The translations under genes and the position numbers were made by a program. DNA of 62,702 nucleotides, filler included, from Deltaproteobacteria bacterium (lineage in GTDB: Bacteria; JAUYMQ01): assembly GCA_030698575.1 (NCBI GenBank). It is 13 parts of 13 records of this genome, joined end to end, with 100 filler letters (N's around TTAATTAATTAA, not from the genome) between each part and the next. Parts side by side here need not be neighbours in the genome. Positions count along the whole stretch, not along the records: positions 47,955 to 55,804 come from JAUYMQ010000539.1; positions 55,905 to 59,443 come from JAUYMQ010000572.1; positions 59,544 to 62,702 come from JAUYMQ010000614.1; 10 more parts are not named here. The stretch is one strand, 5' to 3'. Shown piece by piece: positions 53,881 through 62,702 of the stretch. The notes under the pieces are model-generated. The model did no database searches and was not told the DNA's origin. It saw nothing but the letters and a program-made list of their open reading frames with translations. Each line of letters opens with the position of its first letter. Positions within the stretch are counted from its first letter, which is position 1.

Positions 53881-55804
53881 GCGGACACCTGCCACAGGAG
53901 GAGGGCGAGGAGCGTCAGGAACACGTAGAGCAGCCCGAGCTGCACCGGTCCCCGCTGGAGAGCGCGCGCGGGCGAGAGCGCGAGGATGAGCACGCGCAGA
54001 GCGCGGCGAACGAACACCTCTCCCGGATCCTCGAGGTGCCGCTGAACCCGCGCTTGCACAGGAAAGTAGCCGTCGGGGCCCTCCCGCTCGGCGTGAACCG
54101 AGAGGAGCCCTTCGAAGGGCTCCAGGACCGGCGCCGCGAATGAGGCTGCGGTGTACTGCATCCGCGGAGTCGTCAGCGTGTAGCCGCAATCCCATGTCGG
54201 CGCGACGCCGACCTCGCGGCCCCGGAGCAGAACCCTTCTCGCGGCCAGCAGCACGAGCGTGGCGAGCAGAAGGAAAGCCGCCGCCAGGGAAACGTTGTGA
54301 AGCGCCCCGAGTGCGGCATCCGCGGCCGCAGCCGGTGTTCCGGCGAGCGCGGCCGCCGGTTCGGCGACGAGGCGCAGCGCCGCCGCGGGCGCGACGCCGA
54401 TCGCGACGCAGGCCGCCGCTCCCAGCCCCATGGCCACGCGCATGGATCGCGTCGCCTCCCGCGCGCCGTCCGCGCCGGAAGTGCGCGGCTCGCCAAGGAA
54501 CGCAACGCCGAAGACCTTCACGAAGCAGGCCGCCGCGAGCCCTCCCACGAGCGCCAGCAGCGGCACGACAAGGATCGCCACCGCCGCGACGCCCTTCTGC
54601 GGATCGAGCGCGCCCTCGCGGAGGGCGGCCAGGTAGACGAGCCACTCGCTCACGAAGCCATTGAGCGGCGGCAGTCCCGAGATCGCCACCGCGCCGACCA
54701 GGAACAGGGCGCCCGTCGCGGGCATCCGGCGCAGCAGCCCTCCCAGCTTCTCCAGGTCGCGCGTGCCTGCTCCGTGACCGACCGCGCCCGCAGCCTGGAA
54801 GAGCAGTCCCTTGAACAGCCCGTGGTTCAGCGTGTGCAGCAGCGCGCCCGCGTATCCCGCCCAGGCCACGCGCGGCGCGCCCGCAGCCTGTCCCAGGATC
54901 CCCAGGCCAATCCCCAGCGCGATGATCCCCACGTTTTCCACGCTGTGGTAGGCGAGAAGCCGTTTGAGATCGTGTTGCGCGAGCGCCAGCAAGACACCGC
55001 CAAGGGCCGACAGGCCGCCGGCCACGATGAGGGCGAGACCCCAGGCCGCGTGCGGTGGCCCCAGGAATGTGAGCGTTCGAAGAAGACCGTAGATTCCCAT
55101 CTTGATCATCACGCCGGACATGACCGCCGACACCGGGCTCGGTGCCGCCGGATGCGCCTGCGGCAGCCACCCATGGAGCGGCCAGAGACCCGCCTTTGTC
55201 GCGAAGCCCGCCAGGGCAGTCGCGAAGCAGATCGTCGCGAGGGCGCCCGGGGGAGCTCCCGCCGCGGCGAAGGCGTCGAAGCCGATGCCGCCTGCGTGCC
55301 GGGCGAGAAGACCGAAGAGGATCAGGATGAGGACCACGCCGGCCTGGGAGGCCAGCAGGTAGGTGAAGCCCGCCGCCTGGGACGCTTCGTCGTCCTCGTG
55401 AGTGACGAGCACCCAGGACGCGGCGAACATCAGCTCCCAGCCCGCGAGAAAAGCAATTGCGTCGCGCGCAATCACGACCATCGCCATGGCCGCGATGAGG
55501 AGATTCATCCACGCGAATGCCGCGCCGGCCCGTGCACGCGGGAAGTAGCCGCGTCCGTAAAGGAGCGAGAGGCCCCCGACGAGGTAGATGCACAGCAGGA
55601 AGAACGAGGAGAGCGGGTCGACCCCGAATGCGAGCGCGCCGAAGGGCGCGGTCCAGGGGACGGCGACGGCGACGATTTCGTGGCGGAGTAGGAGAACGAG
55701 CGCCGCGCCGCCGCCGGTGGCGCTGGCCGCCAGGCCCGCGAGGAAGCCGAGCGTGCCCGCCCAACGCCGGCCGCGAAGAAGCCACGGGATCAAAGCCCCA
55801 AGGG
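53877..55804 (-). CDS. hyfB: HyfB-like antiporter-type subunit (5' end at contig edge)
   Basis: KAGLWPLHGWLPQAHPAAPS, KRLLAYHSVEN, LPPLNGFVSEW. Confidence 0.85.
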
Positions 55805-55904
55805 NNNNNNNNNNNNNNNNNNNNNNNNNNNNNNNNNNNNNNNNNNNNTTAATTAATTAANNNNNNNNNNNNNNNNNNNNNNNNNNNNNNNNNNNNNNNN
55901 NNNN

Positions 55905-57519
55905 CAGCCCGCCACGGCTCGCTGCCGCTATCCGCCGCCGTCACCGGGTCTACCACAATGACCCGGCAACCCTCTTTCGCGCGTTCGTCGATCCACACAC
56001 ACAAATCGTCGATGCTTACATCGTGATTGGGCGCATCCCAAATACGACTGCCGAGTGCGTCCAGCGTGCCCATATATTGCTCGTATGCGTCGCGCGCTTT
56101 TTCAGGATGACCGTGAACGTAATCGTCAAGCGTCAACCCCGAATTGCCAGCAAGCTGAGCGAGCGCGCGATTCAGGTGAAAGGCGCGATCCTCCTCAAGA
56201 TGAAACACGGCGAACTTCACATTCTTTTCCATCCAGAAGATGCACGCCTCGGATACCAGCATACTTTTTGTTGAACCTGCCCCGCCGCAAATCACCGTCA
56301 CGCTTCCCGGCAGCAGCGCCCTTGCTGCAAAGCTCAATGTCTGCCACGGAAACGAAATGTTTCGGCGCTTGCCGGAGATAGTTTGCTCGATTAGATCGCT
56401 GAGGCTTGCGCTGTCCATCGGCTCGGGAAAGGGAGTGTCAAACGGCACATCCTCCTCGACAGGAGCGCATGGCTTTTGCCTGTTGCCATTGCGGCCGTTG
56501 CGCCAGTTCGGCTCGAACAGGTCGCGCAGGTCGTGCCAGCCCTTACCGTCGCATCCGTTGTGATGGCATCCGGCGACAAGCGCGCCACTGGCCTGTTGGA
56601 TCAGGAACGCCGATCCGTTCGTGTGCGACACATCCCACGGGCAGACATCGAAAATCCACTTGCGCCCGTCTTTCCAATCTTCCGGCCCGCGCACGTGCAA
56701 ACCATGCTCGACAATCCAGCGGTCGATGTTTAGCCGCGTCAACCCACCCTCGCGCGACAACGTCACAACCGGCTTGGGTCCGGCCAGAATGCGCAGCAGC
56801 ATCGGGTCAACCACAGAAAGTTTCGACGGATGCGACAAGACGCGCGCCATGCGATGCGGACGTTCCGGCGTATCGTCGCCCTTGGCGCTGAGCGTGCCGT
56901 AGAGTTTCCAGATTCGCGCCGGATTGAACACCTTGCGGTCGATTGTCACTGCGGCATCGTCGAATTGATCCGCCAGGGCGAGCAAACATCGCTCGATCAG
57001 TCCATCGTCGGCGGCAGGAAGGTCCACGCGATACAGCAGGTGTGCGCCGTTGCCGCTGTCGGCGGCGATAGGGTCCGGCCATCCCGCTGCGCGCAGATGC
57101 TTGTAGACGGCTCTGCAACGGTCCAGCGCCTCGGCGTGCTCTGCATCGCTGGCGCTGATACCCGACGGCCTGACAGCATCGGCGTCGATCAAGAGCCAGT
57201 GCCGCACGGTCACGTCGTTGTCTGAGGTTGTCGGCTCCTTACCGACGGGGCGGATGCGATTGGCCGAGCGAGCGAGTAGTGCGGGGTTGACGGGGTTGGG
57301 GGTAAAGTAGAACCCCTTGGCGGCTCGGATGGTCGCCGCCGCCTCAGCCAGGCTTGCCGGGTTGTCGAAGTATCCGCTTTCGACGTGCGGCCGGTAGTTG
57401 CCTGCTGTCACGGCGTCCAACACCCGAAGCTCCGTCACCTGTCCGGGCGGCAAGATGATTGCCAGTGCCGCCGCGATGGCGACCGGGTCGGCGATTATCC
57501 TGTCGGTAGTGGTGGTCAT
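55905..57519 (-). CDS. Phage primase (AEP-like) / Zn finger / DnaB-like helicase fusion (3'-truncated)
   Basis: LIDAD and SGNGAH primase motifs; CPW..H..CHHNGC; Walker A GGAGSTKS; Walker B IVVDP; TGATG-coupled start. Confidence 0.75.
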
Positions 57520-58466
57520 CACTTGGCGACCCTGGCAAGTTGGTCGGGAGTCAGCGGTGGGGCGTTGGGGAGGGGCTTGGGCATCCACGACTTGTCCTTG
57601 ATGCCGGGGTATTCTTCCTCCTCACGTGCCGAATACACGGCCAGCGCGGCCATGTAGGCCTCGTCTGGTTCTGCGGCCGGTGGCGGGCGGTGGTGTTTCC
57701 GCTCGTAGTCGGTGATTGGTAGCCCATCAGCGCCACGAACAACGTCACCGTTTGGTTTCTGCCACTCATCGGGGTCGTCGTCGTACCGGCCCTGGTTGAA
57801 CCACGTCGCCGGGTGCGGTCGATAGTCGGGGTCGTCGCCCAGCGGCTTCTTGCCGGACGGTGAGGCGGCGTAGGCCATCGCCTGCCGGAACAGGTAGCCC
57901 ACGGGGTCATCGTGACCGGAAGCCACCAGCGCGGCGTGAGCCGAGCGTATGGCCTTGATCGCCGCCTGCTTGCCGACCTTGCGCGGGTAGGCTCCGTAGA
58001 TCGACTCGGCCTGCGAGTTGGTCATGCGGCCGTTGTGGGAATCTCCCCCCTTGCATCCCCCCTCTTTACCTTCCCTTTCCTTACCTTTCCTTTCCTTGCA
58101 TGGCTGCCGTTGTCCGCCATGGTTGACGGACGGTGTCGAGACATCGTCGGACGGTGTCTCGACGGGATGAGCAAACGGCGTTTTTGAGCGAGCAATGCGT
58201 TTTTTCACCCACTCGTCACACTGCTCCGCCCAGTCGTGAATGCACACACGATGCTCATCGCAAGCATCAACCCACCCGGCCTGCACAAGCGCGTCGATCA
58301 GCGCGTTTGCATCACCGTCGTATTCGATGCCGTCGGCAATATCTTCGTTGGTGTGCCGACCGATTGCCCCGTCCGTAGCGTAGTCGCCGGTCCATTCCCA
58401 TAGGTCGTTCATCAGCCCGGTAGCAGTGTGCCGACCGATGCCGAGATTGCGCGCTAACGCCTTCAT
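57519..58466 (-). CDS. Phage replication initiator (replisome organiser type)
   Basis: HPKMKALAR..LW.W...IHDW N-terminus, KERKGKE linker, YPRKVGK..A..HPATWFNQGRYDD C-terminus. Confidence 0.75.
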   Translation of the reverse strand: MKALARNLGIGRHTATGLMNDLWEWTGDYATDGAIGRHTNEDIADGIEYDGDANALIDALVQAGWVDACDEHRVCIHDWAEQCDEWVKKRIARSKTPFAHPVETPSDDVSTPSVNHGGQRQPCKERKGKEREGKEGGCKGGDSHNGRMTNSQAESIYGAYPRKVGKQAAIKAIRSAHAALVASGHDDPVGYLFRQAMAYAASPSGKKPLGDDPDYRPHPATWFNQGRYDDDPDEWQKPNGDVVRGADGLPITDYERKHHRPPPAAEPDEAYMAALAVYSAREEEEYPGIKDKSWMPKPLPNAPPLTPDQLARVAK

Positions 58467-58675
58467 TTTGGGGTGCCTTGAGGTGCCTTTTTTGATTGCT
58501 CTACTCGCAGCCAGTGAAGCCGCACCGCGAGCCTAGACAGGCTGCAAGACCAGGACTTGGCGTCGCGGTACGGTTTCTCTGGTTGGGAATAGTGGCCTGA
58601 TCTTGCATGTCGCCCATCCTACCTTTCCCCGACCCCGGATGCAAGCGTTTCCCGTGGTCGCGTTCAGCGAATCCC

Positions 58676-58912
58676 TTAGTGGTGCGGGCAAAAAACGCCG
58701 GGCGCGGCGGTCAAGGGGAAACGTCGGCGGACGCGGCCGGTTTTTTCGCCGCCGCCAGCAACCAGCAGTTGACGCACTCGCCGCCGGCGTGCGCCGTGGT
58801 GATGCCGCTGCAGGTAGTCGCGGCTGATGGCACACCGGGCGCACAGACCGTCGTCGGCGTCGAGTAGGTCGTCGGTGCGGCCGCAGGACTGACATTCGCC
58901 CGTGGTGTTCAT
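58676..58912 (-). CDS. Hypothetical phage protein with CxxC...CxxC
   Basis: ATGA overlap with the methyltransferase stop. Confidence 0.4.
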   Translation of the reverse strand: MNTTGECQSCGRTDDLLDADDGLCARCAISRDYLQRHHHGARRRRVRQLLVAGGGEKTGRVRRRFPLTAAPGVFCPHH

Positions 58913-59443
58913 CGCTCGTCTCCAAATAACGGTGAATCGTCGCCCTTCGACATATCGCGCGCCGTGCCCGGCCGAAGCCCTTGCTCGATTCGGCGCTTGG
59001 CAATTTCGATATAGTCGGCGTTCAGTTCGATGCCGGCAGCGTCACGGCCAAGCCGTGTCGCCGCCAGCAACGTCGTACCGGCCCCACAGAACGGCTCTAT
59101 CACGCGGCAAGGCACGGGACCGGCGGATGCGCAGTCGCACGCTTGACGCCAGCCAGTGGTCCGCACGTCCACGCCAGCGACGGTTTGATTGATTGCGTTG
59201 CCGGTTCCCGCCGCGCCGTTGCGCTTAACATACTCGTTCGGCCGGTGCCGCTTGATGGCGGTGCGTTCGGTGATTCGCTCCCATGGCGCGCCGCACACTG
59301 GGCAGCAGCCGCGTTCGCTGGTTGACGCGCGGATGCACCTGTCGGGAAGTTCTAACGGAAACGTGGCGAAGTGGTCGCCATCGAAGCCATCGCTGGACAT
59401 GCGCCAGACGTTGCGGGGGGTGCGTCCACCTTCGCCCCACACA
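58909..59443 (-). CDS. Phage DNA methyltransferase (N6/N4 type), C-terminal part
   Basis: RNVW, HFATFP.ELP, EPFCGAGTT, GIELN..Y; Cys-rich insertion. Confidence 0.85.
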
Positions 59444-59543
59444 NNNNNNNNNNNNNNNNNNNNNNNNNNNNNNNNNNNNNNNNNNNNTTAATTAATTAAN
59501 NNNNNNNNNNNNNNNNNNNNNNNNNNNNNNNNNNNNNNNNNNN

Positions 59544-59741
59544 AGCGGCATCTTGGGTGTTCAGCTTGCTCTGCTCGCAAGGGGCGGATCCAGCAGATCC
59601 GTCTTCCGCGGGCGCCAATTCGCTGAGCGAGGGAGAATTTCGTGAATCGCCCGACGCTCGAGGTAAAGATCCCTCTTGGGCCACCGATGGGCTGATGGCG
59701 CCCAACAGCAGGACCAACGACACGTTCCAAATCGTTCTCAT
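59544..59741 (-). CDS. Secreted protein N-terminus (truncated)
   Basis: Signal peptide MRTIWNVSLVLLLGAISPSVA-QE after GGAG. Confidence 0.5.
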
Positions 59742-59873
59742 GCCGCACATCCTCTCTCCAAGAAGAGATTCGAAGAGGCAACCTTTCGTGAACGCGGAAA
59801 TACCGCGCACGCCGAAGTTGCACCTTCACTGTGCGGCCTGAGCCCACACCGTAAGGCGCCCCGCTGAGCGTTT

Positions 59874-60239
59874 TCAACGCCCTTCTAGGCTGTCGATCAG
59901 CTTCTTTCGCATAACCTCCAATCGCTTGCACTTGAAGGAACGTCTGGTGTCTTCCAGGACTTGGATTGTTTCGCGAAGCACGGACCGCAGGTTCTCCAGA
60001 CGGGGGCAATCCGCGAGGGGGCAGTAAGGCGCGCACAAAGAGTCGTCGTCAGCCATACAGAGCAGCTTCCTGACCACGCTCCGCTGATGTTCCACCCGCT
60101 GGTGAATCTCGTCCGTAAGCCTGTCGATATACTGATCCAAACTGAGATCTCCCCGCTCCGAAAAAGGCACTTCTGAATTGTCGAGCATGTGACGATATTG
60201 AGGCTTGGTCCCGCGCTGGGATGAAAAGGGATCGCTCAT
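59874..60239 (-). CDS. Hypothetical Cys-containing protein
   Basis: AGGAG RBS, ATGA overlap; C..YCPLADCPR and LEDTRRSFKCK. Confidence 0.55.
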   Translation of the reverse strand: MSDPFSSQRGTKPQYRHMLDNSEVPFSERGDLSLDQYIDRLTDEIHQRVEHQRSVVRKLLCMADDDSLCAPYCPLADCPRLENLRSVLRETIQVLEDTRRSFKCKRLEVMRKKLIDSLEGR

Positions 60240-60859
60240 CCTGTTTCTCCTGTTACGCGCGAAGTGCTGCAACCAAGCTGGCAGAAGGATCGTGCCGCAT
60301 CCACCGGTGCGGACGTGTAATGCCCACCAAGAATTTGCAGCGCGCGCAACCACAGTTCAGTGAGAACCCGGAACTTCAAAGTCTGAACGATCCAGCGGCG
60401 GTCGGTGACGAGTGCCCAACAGAAGGCGGCCAGGTGCTCGCCCGACGCGTTTTCACGCGCTGCGGCCCACCACTCGGCGAGGGCAACGAAAGGGCAGCGC
60501 GCCATACGTTCTCTCATTGATCCTGTGCGGTGATCCAATAGTCGCTCGACCGCTTCGGCGAACGGGCACGGCTGCGAGCAACGCTCCACGGCCTCAAGGA
60601 AAAGCGCATCCGCCCTCATTCCCCGGAGGTCTCGGGACTCCAGGATGCCGAAAAGCGCCTCCAGGTCATCGCGCCGGAGCAGGAGCCCAAAGACAATCAG
60701 CAGCGCTTCTGGCTCGACCTCCCAGATCGGGCGGAGTGCGCAATTCGGAGAGAGGTTCAGGGCGACACCGGCCCGCGGATGGAATTCCCCGGCTGCTCTG
60801 CCGCGCAGCGGCCGCAACAGTTCCATGAATTCGGTGAACATGGTCGCTTCCGCCGACAT
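60236..60859 (-). CDS. Hypothetical protein
   Basis: TGATG-coupled start MSAEATMF; LFLEAVERCSQPC and WALVT motifs. Confidence 0.5.
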   Translation of the reverse strand: MSAEATMFTEFMELLRPLRGRAAGEFHPRAGVALNLSPNCALRPIWEVEPEALLIVFGLLLRRDDLEALFGILESRDLRGMRADALFLEAVERCSQPCPFAEAVERLLDHRTGSMRERMARCPFVALAEWWAAARENASGEHLAAFCWALVTDRRWIVQTLKFRVLTELWLRALQILGGHYTSAPVDAARSFCQLGCSTSRVTGETG

Positions 60860-61065
60860 CAATGCCGCCTTGACGCCTTCACGGCGTCTTCCAATGGACG
60901 AGAGATGCCTAGATCCTCCGCAGCCTTGAGCGCCGCTCGCAGGAAGGCGCGGAACTCGGAAGGCAGGAGATGGACGGTCGTGACACCGAATCCCAACCAG
61001 ACACATCCGTTTGGGCAGAGACGAACGAAACAAGGGACGCGAGACTCATCGTGCGAGTGGCTCAT
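60859..61065 (-). CDS. Small His/Cys metal-binding-like protein
   Basis: AGGAGG RBS; MSHSH..CPNGCVWLGFGVTTVHL..EF. Confidence 0.55.
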   Translation of the reverse strand: MSHSHDESRVPCFVRLCPNGCVWLGFGVTTVHLLPSEFRAFLRAALKAAEDLGISRPLEDAVKASRRH

Positions 61066-61859
61066 GGCCGCCCTCCTGGGGAGAATGCGCTTGTCGGACG
61101 GTTTTCCTCCATCGACCTTTCAGTCTCGATGCTCGCCCTGCGCTCGATCGCGGCGATCAGTGAGGCACCGCGAACCGCACCGGCATGCCTGCCGTGATGT
61201 GATCCCTCAGGCGACAGTGCTACAACCACCGGCCCGAGTTGTCCCGCCCGTGAGCGAGGCGGCGATGCATGGCCGGCCGTCGCGGCCGTGCCGTAGAGGA
61301 TCTCGATGAGCGCGAGGGCCTTCCGGGTGCCCCGGTTGACGGCCCGGACGGACAGCGTGGCGCCGCTGATGTTCGTGATGTCGCGCCCCGCGCGCAGGGG
61401 CGCCTCCAGCGTCTTGCCGCGGTACTGCTTCAGGAAACGGCCCGCGCGAACGTCGCTTCCCACCGACTCTCGATAAACCATGATCTCCACCCCCCGCACC
61501 CTTCCGTCCGTCTCGACGCCAACGACGAAGGTGATCGGCCGGTGCTTGCCGATCTCGTTGACAACCACGGCGTATCCCACGACCGAGCCTTCCTTCTTCG
61601 CGAGATAGACGGGGACCGACGGTTCCCATAGGCTGGGGCGCGTAGGCGCGATGCGCTTCCCGATCTCCTCGCGCAAGGCCGGGGTCAAGCGCGCGCGTTC
61701 CAGGTTGATGCTCGTCGCCTCGGGAAAGAGGAGACCCGGCGCTTCCTCGGGCGTCAGATAGACCTCCTCGTCCGACGCGGCTCCCGGTGCGACGGCGGGT
61801 CCGACGGACGCCGCGAAGATCAGGACGAGGAGCGAAATGAGCCTTTGACTTGATCGCAT
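61062..61859 (-). CDS. FMN-binding (flavinylation-substrate) periplasmic protein
   Basis: Signal peptide; IGKHRPIT, YRES.G; ISGATLS flavinylation motif. Confidence 0.8.
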   Translation of the reverse strand: MRSSQRLISLLVLIFAASVGPAVAPGAASDEEVYLTPEEAPGLLFPEATSINLERARLTPALREEIGKRIAPTRPSLWEPSVPVYLAKKEGSVVGYAVVVNEIGKHRPITFVVGVETDGRVRGVEIMVYRESVGSDVRAGRFLKQYRGKTLEAPLRAGRDITNISGATLSVRAVNRGTRKALALIEILYGTAATAGHASPPRSRAGQLGPVVVALSPEGSHHGRHAGAVRGASLIAAIERRASIETERSMEENRPTSAFSPGGRP

Positions 61860-61922
61860 GGGCACCTGACTCGATCGCGTGTGCACCCCGGAGAGAATCT
61901 CCCCGCCGAGGGCAGGTTCGGT

Positions 61923-62702
61923 TCAGAAGGCGAAGGACATCCCGGCCATCCAACTGCTCAGGCTGTTCTTACCGGTGTCGGGAAATAGAAGTCCGTCGCC
62001 CTTCTTCGCGAGCGAATACTCCCAGGCCAGACTGAAGACCCAGTCGGGCACGGGCCGGTAGGCGAGCGCGAAGGTGTAGCGATCCTGAATCCGGTCCTCG
62101 CGCTCCAGGGAGGCGATGCCATCCTCAATCGTCACGGCGTCCACCACGTCCTTCCAGACAACGGTTTCCGCCCGGCCCACGAGGATGAGGTCGGGGTTCT
62201 CGAAGCCCGTCGCGAGGAAGGTTCCGTTCAGGAAGCTCGGCCAGAAGTGATACTTGAGATCGGCGTAGTAGCCGTACCGGTCGCCCGAGAAGCCGCTCGG
62301 AGCGATTTCGATCTCGCTCTCCAGGAGCGCGTCCGCGCTCTCGGTCTCGCCATTCGTGATCCGGTTCGCCAGACCCTGGAACACCGCGTGCACGTCGCCG
62401 AAGGAGGTGTGGTAGCCCTCCGCGACAATCTCGAAGGGTCCCTTCCGGTACATGAGATCGAGCGCGTAGGTCTTGATGTTCTGATCCGAGCCGCTGATGA
62501 CGTCCGTGTATCGGCCCCCGTAGAGCGACAGGCCCAGCTCCGCGCCGAGCGTCGGGCTGTAGGCGACACGGGCCGCGTAGGCCTTGTCGTTGTTGCCGTC
62601 CTTGTTGAAGCTGCCGCTCGCGTTCCGGAGCTCCACCTCCAGCTCGAGAACGTCGCGCCGGGTCACGGGACCGGCGCCTCCTGGCGTCCTCTCGCGGAAC
62701 AG
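61923..62702 (-). CDS. Outer-membrane porin-like protein (5'-truncated)
   Basis: DGNNDKAYAARV; amphipathic beta-strands; C-terminal SFAF. Confidence 0.7.
   Translation of the reverse strand: MFRERTPGGAGPVTRRDVLELEVELRNASGSFNKDGNNDKAYAARVAYSPTLGAELGLSLYGGRYTDVISGSDQNIKTYALDLMYRKGPFEIVAEGYHTSFGDVHAVFQGLANRITNGETESADALLESEIEIAPSGFSGDRYGYYADLKYHFWPSFLNGTFLATGFENPDLILVGRAETVVWKDVVDAVTIEDGIASLEREDRIQDRYTFALAYRPVPDWVFSLAWEYSLAKKGDGLLFPDTGKNSLSSWMAGMSFAF

Noticed and set aside
52966-55785. 939-aa, 717-aa, 650-aa and 492-aa ORFs in the hyf region as giant fusions
   Set aside because: The N-terminal parts are Arg/Gly/Pro-rich off-frame extensions typical of high-GC DNA; the real starts are at ATGA/GTGA overlaps.
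48588-55804. Annotation as a functional NiFe hydrogenase-4 / formate hydrogenlyase
   Set aside because: The large subunit has neither Ni-binding CxxC motif.

Overview
The window is not one locus. It is 13 unrelated contigs joined by 100-nt N/TTAATTAATTAA/N linkers (6451-6550, 10358-10457, 19814-19913, 23642-23741, 27196-27295, 29863-29962, 32703-32802, 39171-39270, 42448-42547, 47855-47954, 55805-55904, 59444-59543), so synteny is valid only within a segment. (1) Podovirus-like ejection-protein and lysis genes with an antisense HNH endonuclease. (2) A sigma-54 promoter with palindromic UAS and an IHF-like site driving a ~390-nt GGA-rich transcript that ends in a strong terminator, convergent with a PadR-MoxR-VWA(CoxE) operon. 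(3) A siphovirus tail module with a -1 frameshifted chaperone, duplicated tail-tube-like genes and apparent AUC/AUU starts. (4) Betaproteobacterial-type housekeeping genes. (5) A phage lysis module interrupted by an antisense ClpP-like gene with a structured leader. (6) An ISKra4-family end plus a Kelch protein. (7) Small membrane-anchored genes resembling a tailless lipid-containing virus. (8) A legionaminic-acid-type sugar cluster. (9) GGDEF, SDR and acyl-CoA dehydrogenase genes. (10) A 7TM-GAF histidine kinase, an unusual pseudo-receiver/AAA+/pseudo-kinase hybrid and an NtrC-type regulator. (11) A Hyf/Ehr-type membrane complex that lacks both the Ni ligands and all proximal Fe-S cysteines. 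(12) A phage replication module. (13) A porin/FMN-binding cluster. The best candidates for undescribed biology are the segment-10 hybrid phosphorelay, the segment-2 sigma-54 sRNA/peptide unit and the Cys-less Ehr small subunit. All calls come from reading motifs by eye; no database searches were run.
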